Of a DNA stretch of 48,530 nucleotides, positions 45,205 to 48,530 are shown piece after piece. The number at the start of each line of letters is the position of its first letter. The first letter of the stretch is position 1. The stretch comes from Candidatus Daviesbacteria bacterium. GTDB lineage: Bacteria > Patescibacteriota > Microgenomatia > Daviesbacterales > UBA10151. The DNA lies in assembly GCA_016176465.1 (NCBI GenBank), contig JACOXD010000009.1:1-48530 (forward strand), written 5' to 3'. The notes below the pieces were generated by a model that was given only the letters and a program-made list of their open reading frames with translations, was not told where the DNA came from and made no database searches. A program made the translations under genes and the position numbers.

Positions 45205-46227
45205 ATGGATACAACTAAATTAAAGCTCTTCTTAGATGAGAAAGCCAAAGAGGATAAATTTTCAGGGGTTGTTTTAATTGCCAAAGATTTTGAGCCCATT
45301 TTTGAATATGTAGCTGGTTTTGCCAATCAAGAATTGCAAATTAAAAATAATCTGGATACCAAATTTAATATAGCCTCAATTGGTAAAATGTTTACAGGAG
45401 TGGCTATTGCAAAATTAGTTGAGGAAAAGCTCCTTAATTTTGATGATAAGGTGGGAAAATATTTACCTGATTATCCAAATAAATCCATTAAAGAAAAAGC
45501 AACAATTCATAATCTTTTAACCCATACCTCAGGATTAGGCACAATTTTTAATAAAAAATACATTGAACTTGAAAATAGTTTAAAAGAGGTAAAAGATTAT
45601 TTGGAAGTTTTTCAAGACGAACCATTACTCTTTGAACCGGGGGAGGGTTACCAATATTCTTCGGCAGCTTATATACTGCTGGGAAGAATAATCGAAGTTA
45701 TAACTAATAAAAATTACTTTGATTATATAAAGAAAAATATTTTTAATGTAGCTGGGATGGAAGATATAGGATATTTTGAGATAGATAAAAGTTTACCTAA
45801 TTTAGCAAATCCTTATACTCATAGAAAAGTTTTTTCTAAGGAGATGGATTTAAAATCACCTCGAAGAAATAATTTATCCGAACTGCCTTTTAAAGGAGTG
45901 CCCGGGGGAGGAGAATTTTCCACCGTTTATGATTTATTAAAATTTGCAAAAAGTTTATGGGAATTTAAATTTTTAAGTAAGGATATGACAGAATTTATTA
46001 CCTCCCCAAGACAAGATACACCTAAATCTCAGTTTAAAAATGGATACGGGTTTTATATTTTAGAGATGGAAGGCCATAAAATTATAGGCAGAGAAGGAGG
46101 GCTGGGAGGAATTAGTACTATCTTTCATATGTATCAGGACGTTCCCTTTATAGTGATAGTACTTTGTAATTTTGATGAGCCAATCGCTAAAGATATAGCA
46201 ATTTTTACTGCCAAACTAATTTCTTAA
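45205..46227 (+). CDS. Serine hydrolase, beta-lactamase class C-like fold
   Basis: SIGK (SxxK), LLTHTSGL, YSS. Confidence 0.88.
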   Translation: MDTTKLKLFLDEKAKEDKFSGVVLIAKDFEPIFEYVAGFANQELQIKNNLDTKFNIASIGKMFTGVAIAKLVEEKLLNFDDKVGKYLPDYPNKSIKEKATIHNLLTHTSGLGTIFNKKYIELENSLKEVKDYLEVFQDEPLLFEPGEGYQYSSAAYILLGRIIEVITNKNYFDYIKKNIFNVAGMEDIGYFEIDKSLPNLANPYTHRKVFSKEMDLKSPRRNNLSELPFKGVPGGGEFSTVYDLLKFAKSLWEFKFLSKDMTEFITSPRQDTPKSQFKNGYGFYILEMEGHKIIGREGGLGGISTIFHMYQDVPFIVIVLCNFDEPIAKDIAIFTAKLIS

Positions 46228-46251
46228 TAATTAAAATCCTAGTAAATCCTG

Positions 46252-46280
46252 AGGTGTCAAGCTATTCCACCTCCCAGGTG
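46252..46280 (+). repeat. 29-bp direct repeat, left copy (family D)
   Basis: aggtgtcaagctattccacctcccaggtg, identical to 47099-47127. Confidence 0.92.
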
Positions 46281-46289
46281 GGTAAATTG

Positions 46290-46694
46290 TTATTCACCCT
46301 TGCCCCACCTATTATCCACGTAATCTGAAATTTCTTGAACTGTTTTACCCTCAGCTAACATTTGACTTGAAACAATTGATGTTTTGACACATAACCCGCA
46401 ATTTAGACCCATTAAATTAAAACTTCCATCATCATTTATAAAACAATGTCTATTATTTTTATGACCATTATTTTTAATACACCCACAGTAACATTTTACT
46501 TTTGATAAAACTCCTTGGGGGTTTTGATAAGCTATTTTGTATGCTTCGGCTATCTCTCCTGCAGCCTTATGATCTTTTAAAAATTGTTCTAATTTTTGGT
46601 TATTTGGACTTAAATTTGACTGCTTATAAAGGTATGCAAAACAGATACTTATTAGTAAAATTATAACACCTAAAGTAATTAATATTTTGCGCAT
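46290..46694 (-). CDS. PCYCGC-motif-like membrane-anchored Cys-rich protein
   Basis: KCYCGC, GHKNNRHCF, CGLC. Confidence 0.78.
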   Translation of the reverse strand: MRKILITLGVIILLISICFAYLYKQSNLSPNNQKLEQFLKDHKAAGEIAEAYKIAYQNPQGVLSKVKCYCGCIKNNGHKNNRHCFINDDGSFNLMGLNCGLCVKTSIVSSQMLAEGKTVQEISDYVDNRWGKGE

Positions 46695-46794
46695 AGCTTT
46701 TATATTTTTATGTATTGTGATTAAATAAGATGTGATTTCAGTCACATATATTTTTTAACTTAAATAGCTAAGTTAAAAAGGAGGTGGTTTTAAA

Positions 46795-46932
46795 ATGATG
46801 GGTTGGGGATATGGAAATATGGTGGGTGGCTATAGTGTTTTTGGATTAATAGGACTTATATTTTATGCGGTATTATTTATAGATGCTATATTACTGGGGA
46901 TTTGGCTTTGGAAACAAATACAGAAAAAATGA
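46795..46932 (+). CDS. 45-aa membrane peptide, not in the ORF track
   Basis: AAAGGAGGTG SD; MMGWGYGNMVGG...LLGIWLWKQIQKK. Confidence 0.7.
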   Translation: MMGWGYGNMVGGYSVFGLIGLIFYAVLFIDAILLGIWLWKQIQKK

Positions 46933-47168
46933 AAATTAATGCTATTTGGCACAAATCTCATATAATGCCAAAAAATGCAACATTAAAGCAAAGATTAAAA
47001 TGGCACAAAGCACATGCTAAACATTGTGCTTGTAGAGAAATTCCTGAAAACTTAAGAAAACTTCGTCCTAAGTTTGTCGAAGTGGTAAAAAAATCCCTAG
47101 GTGTCAAGCTATTCCACCTCCCAGGTGAAATTAGCTTCACATCTTCCAAAAAATTGGAATTTTGCTAA
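46929..47168 (+). CDS. Small His/Cys-rich protein whose C-terminus reads through the repeat
   Basis: ATGA coupling to the previous stop; WHKSH..WHKAHAKHCAC. Confidence 0.6.
   Translation: MKINAIWHKSHIMPKNATLKQRLKWHKAHAKHCACREIPENLRKLRPKFVEVVKKSLGVKLFHLPGEISFTSSKKLEFC
47099..47127 (+). repeat. 29-bp direct repeat, right copy (family D)
   Basis: Identical to 46252-46280. Confidence 0.92.
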
Positions 47169-47299
47169 CTTTGGTTTCCCTATTTATTTCTTAATAATTA
47201 ATATCGTAGTTTTTGTTATTATTCAGTTTAAACTTGGTAAGCGCGGTTTTAGATTAAGTATATGAGAAAAATATTTTTGCTTATGTTAATCTTGGGGCA

Positions 47300-48108
47300 A
47301 TGAAAGCAATTTACGTAGCCGTGGCTTAGTAATTATTTTAGCTGCAGGTGTTTATTTTGTCTTTCGCTCTCAGCAACAACCAACTCCTCAGGTTCCTTCT
47401 CCAGCACCCTCTGTTGCTTCCCAAGAGCAAACAAGTCATCTAAACTCTGTTTTTGATAATCCCAAAAAAAGTGCTCATTATGAGACTAATACTCCCTCAC
47501 ATGGTGCAATTCTTGCTGGTGTACCTGTTAATGTAGTAGTAGATTTTAATTTTGATTTAGCCAAACCCTCTAAAATTCAAATTATTAAAGATGGTGTGGG
47601 TGGGTTAGACTTTGGTTTAGGTGAAACAGTTATTGATGCAGGGAAATTATCTATGAGGCGTCAGATGGATCCAGAAGCACTTGATGGGAGATATACAGTT
47701 TTTTATAATGCATGCTGGCCAGATGGAAGTTGCCATGATGGTAGTTTTCAGTTTGCAATAGATAGAAGTTTAAGTGCAGGTTTTACTGATTTGACAAATC
47801 AAAAGGAAATAGAGATTAAAATGTCAGAAATTATGTTTAAACCTAAAAATATAAAAGTTAGCAAAGGAACAAAAATTACATGGGTTAATGACGATAGTAC
47901 TCTGCATTATGTAAATACTGATTCACATCCAGCACACACTTATTATATAGAGCAAAATTCCAAAGCACTTAAAAAAGGAGATAGCTATTCTCTTACTCTT
48001 AATATAGCTGGGATTTATCCCTATCACTCTATAATACTAACAGTAGCTTTGGTACATCTTTTGGCAGTGATGTTTCCACACATTCCCACATCCGATGTGG
48101 GAAGCTAG
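47300..48108 (+). pseudogene. CopC-like plus cupredoxin fusion gene, frameshifted and 3'-truncated
   Basis: ATG 47300 is out of frame near 47322; AHYETNTPSHG, ACWPDGSCHDG; cupredoxin FKP..WVNDD..H; YPYH lacks the following Cys/His/Met. Confidence 0.7.
48083..48103. repeat. Family D palindrome
   Basis: ttcccacatc-c-gatgtgggaa; core cacat-ccg-atgtg. Confidence 0.7.
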
Positions 48109-48182
48109 CTCATGAGGAGCTTGCAGTATTAACTTAGCTTATTGTAATTGCTAGCTTTGTTTGTTATATTCGCCTCAAAGTT

Positions 48183-48530
48183 ATGGAAGTAGTAGGAACA
48201 CCACCTGCTCAGGAAAAATTTGAGGCAAAGAGAGCTCAAGCAATCGCAGCTTTTAATCAATTTTTCTTAGATCAATACCTAAGAAGTCTGGAGGGGGGAG
48301 AATATCGTAGGAGTTTTAATAAACTTGAATCTGGAGTGAGACTGGCAACAGGCGTAGAAGTTGTAGATCCTGAGGGAGCAATACCAATTTGGTACAAAGG
48401 AGATGGCTCATTTCAGACTACTTTCCCTCTGCAAGCTGGGGGAGAGGTAACTCAAACAGAACATATTCCTTGGATTTTTCCCGATGACTCTGAAGGAAAG
48501 CCTTATTTCTCTGTTTTAATGCTACATAGC
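48183..48530 (+). CDS. Hypothetical protein, 3'-partial
   Basis: Frame MEVVGTPPAQEKF is open to the window end; TGtTATATT upstream. Confidence 0.6.
   Translation, partial: MEVVGTPPAQEKFEAKRAQAIAAFNQFFLDQYLRSLEGGEYRRSFNKLESGVRLATGVEVVDPEGAIPIWYKGDGSFQTTFPLQAGGEVTQTEHIPWIFPDDSEGKPYFSVLMLHS

Noticed and set aside
45205-46227. Beta-lactam resistance gene
   Set aside because: SxxK fold only; YSS and REG replace the usual YxN and KTG/HTG motifs and there is no signal peptide, so the substrate is unknown.
1-48530. tRNA, rRNA, transposase or integrase genes
   Set aside because: No cloverleaf, rRNA-like tract, or DDE/HUH/tyrosine/serine recombinase motifs were recognised by eye.

Overview
AT-rich bacterial chromosome segment. 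Its gene content (short EF-Ts, no pyrH between tsf and frr, trigger factor without a PPIase domain, ThyX-like enzyme, many orphan ORFs) suggests a CPR/Patescibacteria, probably Microgenomates-type, genome; this placement is inference. The left two-thirds is a housekeeping backbone (thyX-like, rpsB-tsf-frr-rseP, T-box/proS, tig, rpsU, ybeY, dnaX, glyA, folD, ybaB, recR, cysS, rarA, gdhA) with orphans in between. The right third holds redox, folding, metal and peptidase genes, a type IB topoisomerase and several decaying genes. I saw no rRNA, tRNA, CRISPR array, integrase or transposase. The best candidate for a new system is two wHTH + Cas2-fold (PaaX-like) genes, each tightly bracketed by a pair of 36-bp sites with the same design (ACA-N22-TGT arms around an 8-bp palindromic core that is specific to each cassette), which resemble recombination or operator sites. 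At least five families of palindromic repeats have entered essential proteins in frame, as well as the T-box leader. Other notable items are a circularly permuted DsbA, a half-size urea transporter, an rpsU leader with SD plus hairpin, a MerR promoter pointing at an orphan, and widespread leaderless-type promoters. All calls come from reading by eye; no searches were run.
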